A stretch of DNA of 64,000 nucleotides from an uncultured Gammaproteobacteria bacterium. GTDB taxonomy: Bacteria; Patescibacteriota; Microgenomatia; UBA10105; UBA927. The stretch lies in the NCBI GenBank assembly GCA_964449675.1, contig CAYVAR010000001.1, forward strand, positions 44,877 through 108,876, written 5' to 3'. Positions 9,033 to 18,523 of this stretch are shown in pieces (position 1 is the stretch's first letter; every line of letters begins with the position of its first letter). The notes under the pieces are model-generated. The model ran no database searches, was not told the origin of the DNA, and worked only from the letters and a program-made list of their open reading frames with translations. Both the position numbers and the translations under genes were made by a program.

Positions 9033-9092
9033 GATCTTTCTTTAGAAGAAAGATAATTACAACCGGCCAGTCAAAAGGGGCCGGTTTTTTGA
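9033..9092 (+). terminator. Tandem hairpins ending in a T-run; an intrinsic terminator after rnj.
   Basis: ATCTTTCTT-tag-AAGAAAGAT is followed by CCGGCC-agtcaaaagg-GGCCGG and then TTTTTT. Confidence 0.55.
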
Positions 9093-9351
9093 TGCATAAA
9101 AAACCGGCACAAACAGAGCTGGTTTTGTTGACAACAGTAGCAAAGCCGGATGCACGCCAAGCTCCAGAAGCACTGAGAAGCCTGCGCGCATCCGGGCAAA
9201 GGTGCTTTGCTACAGTGCAGCATGTGTGCCCGCGCCCGGGTGCGGGCACATTAACAATCTGGTGTGAAAACAGGTTTTCCTGTTGCCCTTTCGGGAAAGA
9301 ACTTATTCTTTTTCGAATGGGTAACAGGAGACCTAAACAAGGAGACTATGA

Positions 9352-10066
9352 GATGAGTACCTTACGAATGTTTTGGGAACTTCTAAGGCGGACTGACGAT
9401 CGTATCGCCCGCGTGACCTTGCGGCTGCCCAAAAGGCTGCAAGGACTGGAGCTGCGCGACGACCTGACGCTTGCCGTAGCCATCACGAGAAGGATTTACG
9501 TGTATGGCGTTCTCGCGCTTTCGGCCTTCCTCGTGGTCTACGTGGCCTACTGGTTGCTCTTTAGCGGGCCACGGACGAGGCTCTCAGACCCAGCCCTCCA
9601 AACCGAGATCCCTACGGCCATCGCTTCACCGACGCCGCGGGTGATTATCGATCCCTGGAGCGGACATGAGTGGTTCTCAGCCGACGAGGCGCGAAACCTC
9701 AGGACCCAGGAGAACGTTATCAACCTGGCATATCTTGAGGACGGTAGCGCCAAGTACAGCGCAGGCTTTAGCGTAGTATTCACCGGCGAGACTCCTTGGG
9801 AGAATGCGGGCAAGCCCTTCGGCGTGAGCGAGCTGAGTGTCGAAGTTACCTCGGTTGCGCTCACCGCCCACGGTCAGCAATATACCCTGAACGTGTGGCA
9901 GCCGTTTGTGCTTTCCGAAAATTCTCAGGAGATCTACGTCGTTGATGCGACAGGCCAGTTGTGGCGGGCGCCACTGGCCGATCTGAGCCTCGTTCCTTTG
10001 GATCAGGTTATCGGCGACCTCCCGGCCCCGATTGCGCCCAACCCCAACCTCAGTTTTACCTACTGA
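9352..10066 (+). CDS. Hypothetical single-pass membrane protein encoded in the high-GC island.
   Basis: The ATG carries an AAGGAGA RBS (MSTLRMFWELL...), one transmembrane segment is present, and codon usage is GC-rich unlike its flanks. The upstream part of ORF 9089..10066 is treated as leader. Confidence 0.5.
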
Positions 10067-10080
10067 AAGGAAGGTATGAG

Positions 10081-11877
10081 ATGTTATTCACCTACAGTCT
10101 TGCATTCGCTGCGGGAGCGGCTGCTGCTGCAGGCCTGTTCGAGCTGTTCAACGGCCGCTTTAAACACCCGGTGAGCGCCGGATTCATCACGGGCGTCCTC
10201 ACCTTCATCGTCAACGCGGGGATCGTGTACTTCGGCATGCCGCCCTTCACCCACTGGCTCGCGGCCGGCTACCCGATTCTGTTCTTCGTGGATTTGGCTA
10301 TCGCTGCGGTCATCGTGGTCATTGACTCGGCGGTAACGTATGAAGAGCACCGCGCGGATGGTTCCGGCGGTTACGTAGCCGCAGGCACGTTCGTCGTGTT
10401 TCTGGTTGTTTGGGGTATGGTCGCCGCAGTGACCCCTCCCGGGGCATTCTGCGACAATCCCGGCTACCAGCGGATGGTCGCGCTCATAAACGTTGCTGAT
10501 AGCGACGCGGCGTTCCCGGACACCAACTTGGACAGTCTGGTGCGGGTTGCCCCGGAGACGGCTATGCTCAAGGCTAGCCGCGCAATCGGCGGCGACGCCA
10601 ACATCGGCTCCTACCTTGAAGTAAACAACCCTTACCTGCAAAAGGTCCAGGGGCGTTGGGTCTATGTTGTAGACCTTAAGGTAAAGGACTGGCGGGCCTT
10701 CGAAACTAAGGGTGCGGTCGTGCCCGGATATATCGTAGTTTCAGCAACGGATCCGCAAGCCGAGGCAGAATTTCGCACCGGCTATGCCATCCGCTATGCG
10801 CCAGACGCGCGCTGGGATCAGGACCTCGACCGGCACGCGTATCTAGGCTTCCTGTTGGGTTCTCCCTACCGCGTGATGGACTTGCGCGGTATGGAAGTTG
10901 ACGAGGAGTGGAACCCTCACTACACGGGCACACTCCTTCGTCATGAAGTAGGATTCGAAGGCAAGGTCGTGGTCGGGATGCTTGACGTCAATCCCCAATC
11001 CGGCGAGATGGCCATGTACACAGTCGGCGAGGTCCCCGAGTGGATCGACAGGATCTGGCCGCTCGAGCTTGTCAAAAGCTACGCAGGTTGGTGGGGTAGT
11101 TATATAGACCACCGGGCATGCGAGCTTCAAGGGGCTGCAGGTCAGCGCGCGATCGACAACACCAACGACGTCGTTACGAGCGCCGGACTCGAGTTTCAAG
11201 TCACGATGACGTCCGTCGGAACCGACCAGTCCCTAACGGAGATTCTCTACGTCGAGCCTCGGACGGGAATCGCCACTCGCTACAAGCTGACCGGCGCCAC
11301 AATCCAGGCTATCGACAACCTCGTTGATGAAGCCAGCCGGGAGATCACCGCCGAAGGTTACGAGCCAGTTGAATGCGAACTCCAGGTGCTTCTGGGCCGC
11401 CAGGTCTGGTACTGCGTCCTGACGGGCCGGGGCGGGGGCGAGGATCTCTCGAGCGGCTCCTACGCGGGGGTGGCCTTTGTCCAAGTGAAGTTTACCTCGG
11501 ATAACACCAAGGTAATCATCGCCGAAACGCTTGAAGAAGCCTACGCCCAGCTCCAGCGACAGATCGCCACGGAAAGTTCCGACGACCCGACCTTGCGCGA
11601 GGCTCAAGAAAAGATCCAAGTGGAAGGCGTGATCGAGCGCAAAGCCAGCATAGGCCAGGACGGTTTCGACACCACTGGTGGAGGTGCTTTCCTGTTCCTA
11701 ATTAAGGCTGACGACGGCAAGACCTACTACTGCCTGGCGCCGACCGCTAGCTGGAATGCGGCGCTCGCACGAGAAGGAGACCGGGTCACAATCACGGCCT
11801 TTCAGGAGCTTGACAAAAGCTACCTGACGGTGATTGATATCGCCATAGTCGGCGCGCCCGACTTCGATCCCAACTAA
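10081..11877 (+). CDS. Hypothetical polytopic membrane protein (about 4 N-terminal transmembrane segments plus a ~450-aa soluble domain) in the high-GC island.
   Basis: The start MLFTYSLAFAAGAAAAAGLF follows a GAAAGGAAGG RBS. GC-rich codons (GCC, CTG, CGC) run throughout. I recognise no domain. Confidence 0.55.
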   Translation: MLFTYSLAFAAGAAAAAGLFELFNGRFKHPVSAGFITGVLTFIVNAGIVYFGMPPFTHWLAAGYPILFFVDLAIAAVIVVIDSAVTYEEHRADGSGGYVAAGTFVVFLVVWGMVAAVTPPGAFCDNPGYQRMVALINVADSDAAFPDTNLDSLVRVAPETAMLKASRAIGGDANIGSYLEVNNPYLQKVQGRWVYVVDLKVKDWRAFETKGAVVPGYIVVSATDPQAEAEFRTGYAIRYAPDARWDQDLDRHAYLGFLLGSPYRVMDLRGMEVDEEWNPHYTGTLLRHEVGFEGKVVVGMLDVNPQSGEMAMYTVGEVPEWIDRIWPLELVKSYAGWWGSYIDHRACELQGAAGQRAIDNTNDVVTSAGLEFQVTMTSVGTDQSLTEILYVEPRTGIATRYKLTGATIQAIDNLVDEASREITAEGYEPVECELQVLLGRQVWYCVLTGRGGGEDLSSGSYAGVAFVQVKFTSDNTKVIIAETLEEAYAQLQRQIATESSDDPTLREAQEKIQVEGVIERKASIGQDGFDTTGGGAFLFLIKADDGKTYYCLAPTASWNAALAREGDRVTITAFQELDKSYLTVIDIAIVGAPDFDPN

Positions 11878-12240
11878 CGTATTCTCCTGTTACCCGAGGG
11901 TTGACTCTCGGTAGAACTATCACACCAGAGTGGAGGACGGACGATGATCCGATTGTCTGCGCGAATTTTGCGCATACGATTTGATCCATTTTCCGTTCCT
12001 CCATAGCCCTCTTCCGATGATTATCGGGACTGATGAGTCGGTCTTTCTACTATATAGGACTACGACGAAAGAGCTATTTTAAATAATGATTACCATAGAT
12101 TAAAGATATAAATAACGTCGACGACGTATATATTTGTCCGGGACTTGGCTAAACGTCATTTTCATACAATCCACCATTTTTCAGTTTAAACGGTTGAACC
12201 AACCTCCAAATCCCTCTATACTAACTGGTACACCATCTTT

Positions 12241-14394
12241 ATGTTTGGAAGAAAGAAAAAGCGCGCGTATAGGAAGCGCAAATCATTTGGCATCAAGCTT
12301 AAAAAGCAGACTGTCTATACGGTCGGGGCTATATGGTTATGGCTTTTTGCGGGAGCTATAACCCTCGCGTTTTTTGGAGAAGGATCAGTGTTATCTACTC
12401 TTCGCGAAGGACTCTTGCAGCACGTCGGTTGGGTCATGTATGGGCTACCGCCGTTTCTCGTCACCTTAAGTTTTCTCTTTTTTAACGTGAAATCAGATAT
12501 AGGGAAACCAAATGTCCCCTTGGGCTTAGGCGTTCTTCTTCTTTCTCTTATAGGCGTCACGCAAGCGGGAACGTTTGGTGAATTTTTGTGGAATATTGTT
12601 TCAAATAACTCCGCAGCTGAGGTAACAATTTTGGTCTATATCGGTCTTTTTATGGTTGGCTTGATCGTCCTTTTCAACACTTCTCTTGACCGATTTATGA
12701 ATATTATCCTTTCTGCGTTTCAAAAAATGGGTGAGTTGCTTGCAGTAGCCGTAGAAAATATTTTTTCTAAAAAGGAAATCCCGCTTTTTGCAAAAGACAA
12801 ACAACTTAAAATAAAAGGTACAGATGATGAAAAGCTATTAGGAAAGGCACCTATGCCGCTTCCTCCGATACTAGGAAAGTCACAAGCGATGGCTGGTGTG
12901 ACATCGACCAAGTCTGATCTTTCGATACACGCACCGCTTGCAAGTTCAAACGACGCGATATGGGAGTATCCACCGTTGACGCTTCTCTCTGATGGTCCTG
13001 GTCAAAAAGCAGATCGCGGTGACATGAGAAAGAATGCATCCATCATAGAAAAAACCCTTGAAGGATTTGGGATAACGGCAAAAGTAACTGAAGTAAATAC
13101 CGGTCCGGCGGTCACGCAGTACGCACTTGAGATAGCATTAGGTACAAAAGTGTCAAAGATTACATCACTTTCAAGTGACCTTGCGCTTGCTCTTGCTGCT
13201 CCCACCGGTCAAGTGCGCATAGAAGCGCCGATACCCGGACGAAGCTTGGTGGGAATTGAAATTCCAAATAGGGGGCTTGAGTTTGTTACCCTTAAACGGA
13301 TGCTTACTTCCGACGTACTTCGTAAGTCAAAAAGTAAACTCGCTGTCGCATTGGGACTTGATGTGTCTGGGAGTCCACTCATCGCAGATATAGGAAAAAT
13401 GCCTCACGTATTGGTAGCCGGAACTACCGGTAGCGGCAAGTCGGTGCTTGTTAATTCGTGGATTTGTTCGCTACTGTTTCGTACTACACCATCGGAAGTA
13501 CGACTTATCTTGGTTGATCCAAAACGAGTGGAACTCACTGGATACAACGGTATACCGCATCTTTTAACTCCGGTCATCGTTGAACCGGATAAAATTCTTT
13601 CCGCCCTTCGCTGGGCGATGACAGAGATGGAAAATCGCTATAAGCAGTTTGCTGAGGTGGGAGTCCGGAATATCGACGGATTCAATGAACTATCCGGATT
13701 TCAAGCGATGCCCTACATTGTGATCCTTATTGATGAACTCGCTGATCTTATGGCGTATGCGCCAGTTGAAGTAGAAGATGCTATTTGTCGCATAGCGCAA
13801 ATGGCTCGAGCAACGGGGATTCATCTCGTATTGGCAACGCAGCGGCCGTCAGTTGACGTTATCACAGGACTTATTAAAGCCAACGTACCTTCTCGTATAG
13901 CCTTTAATGTATCTTCCATGATTGATTCTCGCGTTATTATCGATATGCCGGGAGCTGAAAAACTCCTCGGTCGCGGAGATATGCTGTATGTCCCGCCAGA
14001 CCAGTCAAAACCAAGTAGAATTCAGGGAACGTTTGTTTCAGAGCAGGAAGTTAATAAAGTCGTAGATTTCCTTAAAGTAAAAAATGTGCCTGTGCAGTAT
14101 ACCGAGGAAGTAACAAAGCAACCGCTTACTGGGTGGAAAAGAGGGCTTGCGGTAAACGCTGGAACTGATGGGAAGGATCCGCTTTTTGAAGACGCACTTC
14201 GGCTTATATGCCAGCATGACAAAGCATCAGCGTCACTTCTTCAACGACGTCTTTCTGTTGGGTATGCGCGTGCTGCACGAATTTTGGATCAGTTGGAAGG
14301 TGCCGGTATTATTGGTCCGGGAGAAGGCAGTAAGCCTCGAGATGTCCTCGTAAAAAACGCGGATGATTATCTTGCCCTACAAGCACAACAGTAG
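12241..14394 (+). CDS. ftsK: DNA translocase FtsK/SpoIIIE.
   Basis: N-terminal transmembrane segments, Walker A VAGTTGSGKSV, LILVDPKRVEL and IDELADLM motifs, and a C-terminal gamma domain (LLQRRLSVGYARAARILDQLE) are all present. Confidence 0.9.
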   Translation: MFGRKKKRAYRKRKSFGIKLKKQTVYTVGAIWLWLFAGAITLAFFGEGSVLSTLREGLLQHVGWVMYGLPPFLVTLSFLFFNVKSDIGKPNVPLGLGVLLLSLIGVTQAGTFGEFLWNIVSNNSAAEVTILVYIGLFMVGLIVLFNTSLDRFMNIILSAFQKMGELLAVAVENIFSKKEIPLFAKDKQLKIKGTDDEKLLGKAPMPLPPILGKSQAMAGVTSTKSDLSIHAPLASSNDAIWEYPPLTLLSDGPGQKADRGDMRKNASIIEKTLEGFGITAKVTEVNTGPAVTQYALEIALGTKVSKITSLSSDLALALAAPTGQVRIEAPIPGRSLVGIEIPNRGLEFVTLKRMLTSDVLRKSKSKLAVALGLDVSGSPLIADIGKMPHVLVAGTTGSGKSVLVNSWICSLLFRTTPSEVRLILVDPKRVELTGYNGIPHLLTPVIVEPDKILSALRWAMTEMENRYKQFAEVGVRNIDGFNELSGFQAMPYIVILIDELADLMAYAPVEVEDAICRIAQMARATGIHLVLATQRPSVDVITGLIKANVPSRIAFNVSSMIDSRVIIDMPGAEKLLGRGDMLYVPPDQSKPSRIQGTFVSEQEVNKVVDFLKVKNVPVQYTEEVTKQPLTGWKRGLAVNAGTDGKDPLFEDALRLICQHDKASASLLQRRLSVGYARAARILDQLEGAGIIGPGEGSKPRDVLVKNADDYLALQAQQ

Positions 14395-14496
14395 CTAAAT
14401 AGCAAGGCCAGTTACTCCGTTACTTAGAAAGAGCAAATTCTTTTTTTATTTTTTTCCTAATAACTAAGTAACAAAGTAACCAAGTAACCTTTTTTC

Positions 14497-15129
14497 ATGA
14501 AAACAGTAGGATCTATACTCAAGGAAGCTCGAATTGGGAAAGAAATAACACTTGAACAAGTAGAAAAAGCGACGAAAATTCGTGAGAAATTTTTGCATGC
14601 CATAGAAGCAGATGATTATACAACGCTTCCATCTCCTTCCTATGCGAAAGGATTTGTAAAAAACTATAGTGCTTTTTTAGGACTTGATATTGAATGGGTA
14701 CTCGCGTTTTTCCGCCGACAAACCAGAGAGCCACCTCGGTCTACGCTTTTACCCAAACAACAGGACGAGTTGGAAAAACCGTTCTTCCGCCTTACACCGA
14801 ATCGATTCCTCTTGCTATTTGTGGCGAGTTTGGTACTTATTTTTTTGTCGTATCTAGGACTCCAATATCGTAAATTAACATCACCTCCGTTCCTTTCTAT
14901 CGAATCTCCAAAAGAACAAATCGTAAAAGATAAACGTGTAGATATTCTTGGAAAAACAGATACAGATGCAACAGTGACTATAAATGATGTTTCAGTATTC
15001 GTACGAAGTGATGGACGATTTTTCGATCAAAGAATTCTTAACGAAGGAATAAATAAAATTGTTATTACTTCGACGAGTCGGTACGGAAAAACAACGACAG
15101 CAACTCGAGAGGTAACGTACAAACCTTAG
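14497..15129 (+). CDS. rodZ: RodZ-like cytoskeletal protein with an XRE-type HTH and one transmembrane segment.
   Basis: The N-terminus GSILKEARIGKEITLEQVEKATKIREKFLHAIEADDYTTLPSPSYAKGFVKNYSAFLGLD follows the RodZ HTH pattern, and a single transmembrane segment follows it. Confidence 0.6.
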   Translation: MKTVGSILKEARIGKEITLEQVEKATKIREKFLHAIEADDYTTLPSPSYAKGFVKNYSAFLGLDIEWVLAFFRRQTREPPRSTLLPKQQDELEKPFFRLTPNRFLLLFVASLVLIFLSYLGLQYRKLTSPPFLSIESPKEQIVKDKRVDILGKTDTDATVTINDVSVFVRSDGRFFDQRILNEGINKIVITSTSRYGKTTTATREVTYKP

Positions 15130-15309
15130 TCATTGACAGATATCTGGTTTTTGGAGATACTAGTGAAGTAAATTCTAAGCACTAAATACTAAATCTGAAA
15201 CAAATTTAAAATAAAAATATTCAATTTTTAAACTTTTTCTATTAGTATTTTGAATCTATAATTTATTTAGAAACTAGATATTAGTGTTTAGAATTTTATA
15301 ATCTGCCTC

Positions 15310-15570
15310 ATGGAACCTATACAGCTAACTATTATTGTAATAAGCATTATCCTCACAACTCTATTTGTTTTCCTCGGCATTCAAGTGTGGCATATCCTCA
15401 AAGAAATGAAATTATCTCTTGAGAAAGTCAACAAGATGCTTGATGATGCTGGAAAAGTCACAGGAACGGTGAGTACGGGAGTAAGCGGTATGGCGGGACT
15501 TGTGGAAGGACTTAAAACTGGACTATCAGTGTTTAGTGCATTTCGAAAAAAGCACGAAGACTATGAATGA
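15310..15570 (+). CDS. Small membrane protein of 86 aa, hypothetical.
   Basis: Listed ORF with an N-terminal transmembrane helix and no known motif. Confidence 0.35.
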   Translation: MEPIQLTIIVISIILTTLFVFLGIQVWHILKEMKLSLEKVNKMLDDAGKVTGTVSTGVSGMAGLVEGLKTGLSVFSAFRKKHEDYE

Positions 15571-15955
15571 TGATCATCAGGGGCGAGACTTCAAATTCTG
15601 GGTAGGTTTTTTTGTCGGGGGTCTGCTTGGGGCGATCGTTTTATTTTTTCTGGGAACAAAGGAAGGAAAAAAAACGGGAAGATTTTTGGAGGATAAAGGA
15701 AAAGATCTAATCGATGAACTTCAGGATCGTTTGGGTGAGCTTGAGAAGAAAGGCAAAGAACTTGCCAAGCAAGGAGAAGAGATCAAAGAGGAAGTTTTAG
15801 AAACGCTTGATGATAAAAAGGAACACCTAACAGAAAAAGCGACGGAAAAATTAGATGAAGCGCTTGAGCATATAGAAAAGCTGCAAGAACACGGCCGCCA
15901 GACGACGATAGCCATAAGAAAACGCCTCTTCAAAAACCTTCCAAAGAGACCATAA
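15563..15955 (+). CDS. Hypothetical membrane-anchored coiled-coil protein.
   Basis: The in-frame ATG (MNDDHQG...) is followed by a transmembrane segment (FWVGFFVGGLLGAIVLFFLG) and then a charged coiled-coil region. Confidence 0.4.
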   Translation: MNDDHQGRDFKFWVGFFVGGLLGAIVLFFLGTKEGKKTGRFLEDKGKDLIDELQDRLGELEKKGKELAKQGEEIKEEVLETLDDKKEHLTEKATEKLDEALEHIEKLQEHGRQTTIAIRKRLFKNLPKRP

Positions 15956-15963
15956 AAAATAAT

Positions 15964-17628
15964 CTATTGAGATTTATATTGCAATGTACCAGACTCAAGT
16001 GCATTAAGAAACTGGGAGGCTTGAGTAAATGATGGATCTATAGAAAGGGCTTTTTCGAATGCTTCTTTAGCATTTTCTTTATCATCTAGTGCAACGAAAA
16101 TAACGCCGAGATTAGTGTAAAGAGCGGCATTGTTTGAATCAATGGTCAAACCTACTTTGATATGTTTCAATGCTTCAGTTAGATCCTTTCTTTCATAGAG
16201 AAGCGCTGCGATATTTTGATGCGATTGCCAAAGCGTCGGATTATAATCCAAAGCTTTTTGATATTGGCTGATGGCTTCGTCGTTTTTCCCAAGACTTCGA
16301 TAGGCATTGCCGAGATTGTGATAGGCGTCAGCGTAGTTTGGTTTGAGGGCAATTGCTTCTTGAAATTCTTGTGCAGCTCGCGTGTGATCGCCGCGACGCC
16401 CATAGACATCACCGAGGTTGTTATGCGTATTGGGACTACTTGGCGAGGTTTTACCGGTCGCTATCCAGAGCGTATCTTCATTTTTCCAGTCGTTATTTCG
16501 GACAACAGTTCGAATGCTTAAAGCAATAATTATGAGAATCCAAAGTATTATAAAGATTTGTCTCATATGATGTTTTCGAAATCCATAATCAGCACAAAGA
16601 GCAGTAAGTACACATAGTCCTGCAACGCTTAGATACGCATATCGTTCGGCTACGACCCACGTGAGCGGTAATGGGATGAGTGTCGGTATAAGCGGGATGA
16701 TAAAGAATCCAAACCAGAAAGAAATTTTTCTATTGATCTTAAAGAAAACTATCGCACACAAAAAGTAACCGAGTACCAAAAGTGCGCGAAGAATGAAAAT
16801 AAATTTCGTAAAAGACAATTCTGACTGATAGATAGTTAATTTGTTCGGCCATGCAAAAAGCAAGAGGTAGGAGGAAAGCGCTATAGGGATACGGATCAGT
16901 GGATTATCTATGGTGATTTGCGTTTGCGTTTCTTGGGTAAGATACGAAAGCCTGTTAGATAAGCGACCAGAGTAAAACCAGCCGAACATATACAAAAGAC
17001 TTAAAACAAAAAATATTGTTACAATGCGCCAGTTTTTTTTTACATTACCAGAGCAAATTTCATAGAGAGGGAAAACGAGAAAGAGTATGCTTGCTTTTTC
17101 TGAAGAAAGAAGCGATAGAAGAAACGATACAATTGACAGAACCAGAATTATTTTTTTTGTTTTTGCGACCAGATAAAGATAGAAAGACAGTAAGAAAAAA
17201 AAGCTATATTGTGCATAGACGCCACCAGAAATCCAGGTGATTGTTTCCACCAAAAGCGGGTGGACGGCAAAAAGCGTTCCAGAGAGAATGCCGATACGCT
17301 TCGAAAATATTTTTTGTGCAATTCCATAAACGAGAATGGTGTTTCCTATGTGGAAGGCGATGTTGCCAAGTCTATAAAAGATTGGTTGGAACCCAAAGAA
17401 TTTATAAGTAATAAGGTAAACCAAGAGACGAAAGGACGTAAGAAATTTACTAAATACAAATGCAAGGTTCCATGATGGTGCATTGATGAGAATACCTCTA
17501 TCGTCAGATACAAACCCATTGAATAAACTATTACTATAGGCGATGCTAATAAGAGTGATGATCGATAAAATATATAGCAAGTTTTTTTTTAACAATTGAG
17601 AATTCAAAAACGAGAGAAGTTTACCCAT
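15964..17628 (-). CDS. Polytopic membrane protein with a C-terminal TPR-repeat domain, resembling a glycosyltransferase family 39/83.
   Basis: About 10 transmembrane helices are followed by several TPR repeats (AYHNLGNAYRSLGKNDEAISQYQKALDYNP and others). Confidence 0.55.
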   Translation of the reverse strand: MGKLLSFLNSQLLKKNLLYILSIITLISIAYSNSLFNGFVSDDRGILINAPSWNLAFVFSKFLTSFRLLVYLITYKFFGFQPIFYRLGNIAFHIGNTILVYGIAQKIFSKRIGILSGTLFAVHPLLVETITWISGGVYAQYSFFFLLSFYLYLVAKTKKIILVLSIVSFLLSLLSSEKASILFLVFPLYEICSGNVKKNWRIVTIFFVLSLLYMFGWFYSGRLSNRLSYLTQETQTQITIDNPLIRIPIALSSYLLLFAWPNKLTIYQSELSFTKFIFILRALLVLGYFLCAIVFFKINRKISFWFGFFIIPLIPTLIPLPLTWVVAERYAYLSVAGLCVLTALCADYGFRKHHMRQIFIILWILIIIALSIRTVVRNNDWKNEDTLWIATGKTSPSSPNTHNNLGDVYGRRGDHTRAAQEFQEAIALKPNYADAYHNLGNAYRSLGKNDEAISQYQKALDYNPTLWQSHQNIAALLYERKDLTEALKHIKVGLTIDSNNAALYTNLGVIFVALDDKENAKEAFEKALSIDPSFTQASQFLNALESGTLQYKSQ

Positions 17629-17650
17629 GAAAATATTGTACTACGAAGTA

Positions 17651-17695
17651 TATAAAACCAAGAGGACGCAGAAATACTGCGAATAAATTCATAGT
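17651..17695 (-). terminator. Perfect 15-bp inverted-repeat hairpin; a terminator for the DUF2795 gene.
   Basis: GGACGCAGAAATACT ... AGTATTTCTGCGTCC, followed on the minus-strand transcript by a U-rich tract. Confidence 0.5.
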
Positions 17696-17716
17696 ATTTC
17701 TGCGTCCATAGAATTG

Positions 17717-17908
17717 TTACCAACCGAGTGCTTTCGTGACATCATCTGCGCTATTATATGTTCCCTCTGCAAGGTGTTCATTGAACCACTGCTTGTCTTC
17801 TGCGGAAAAGTCTGATAAATTATCGCATTCTGCGAGAAGTTGTGCTTTCGTCGCCGGATATGTTTGATGATTTTTTAAATGATCAACCGCTGCTGCTTGA
17901 TTTTGCAT
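17717..17908 (-). CDS. DUF2795-like small protein of 63 aa.
   Basis: YPATKAQLLAECDNLSDFSAEDKQWFNEHLAEGTYNSADDVTKALG fits the DUF2795 pattern as I recall it (YPAsK.eLv ... lp...Y.s..ev..alg). Confidence 0.45.
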   Translation of the reverse strand: MQNQAAAVDHLKNHQTYPATKAQLLAECDNLSDFSAEDKQWFNEHLAEGTYNSADDVTKALGW

Positions 17909-17993
17909 TTTGTAATCACCCCCAATCTCTCAAAGGAAAAAGTGTGCTTATTGTGTGAGATAGCGTACAGATTTGCAAGAGGGAAAAAATGGG

Positions 17994-18521
17994 TTACTTT
18001 GAAATAAATTTCATGTATTCCTTATCGGTGATAATATCTCTATTATTTTTGATGCGATCAAGGAAAACGATGCCATCAAGATAATCGATTTCATGTTGAA
18101 TGATGCGTGCGATGAAATTAGAAAATTTTTTCCGATGTTTCTCACCTTTTCTATCTATATATTCTATAGTAATCGTTTCAAAACGAGGGATGAGGCCGCG
18201 GATCCCCGTAATACTCAAACACCCTTCCCAATCTTTCTTTTTTACTTTTGAGTGAGAAAGAATTTTTGGGTTAATCATCGACGTAGACTTCATTTCTGGT
18301 GCGTTGGGGTAACGGGGATTTGGATGCGATGCGACGATAATTATCCGGAGCGACTCATACACTTGTGGTGCTGCAATGCCCACACCGTTGACGTCCATGA
18401 CTGTTGCAAGGAGATCATCGATCAAAGATTGAATACGCGAGCCTCGTACGTTTTCCACTTCTTTTGCTTTTTGACGAAGGATAGGATGTCCTAATTGTGC
18501 AACTTGAAGAAGTCGTGCCAT
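17994..18521 (-). CDS. def: Peptide deformylase.
   Basis: The three conserved motifs are present: GVGIAAPQV, EGCLSITG and HEIDYLDG. Confidence 0.9.
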   Translation of the reverse strand: MARLLQVAQLGHPILRQKAKEVENVRGSRIQSLIDDLLATVMDVNGVGIAAPQVYESLRIIIVASHPNPRYPNAPEMKSTSMINPKILSHSKVKKKDWEGCLSITGIRGLIPRFETITIEYIDRKGEKHRKKFSNFIARIIQHEIDYLDGIVFLDRIKNNRDIITDKEYMKFISK

Positions 18522-18523
18522 AT

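Noticed and set aside
9961-10080. The 5' part of ORF 9961..11877, which would overlap the preceding island gene by about 100 nt.
   Set aside because: A much better start exists at 10081 (ATG with a GAAAGGAAGG RBS, followed directly by a hydrophobic N-terminus). The upstream extension lies inside the previous gene in another frame.
12134-12361. ORF 12134..12361 upstream of, and overlapping, the ftsK start.
   Set aside because: It is AT-rich spacer sequence with no RBS, and it overlaps the convincing ftsK start at 12241.
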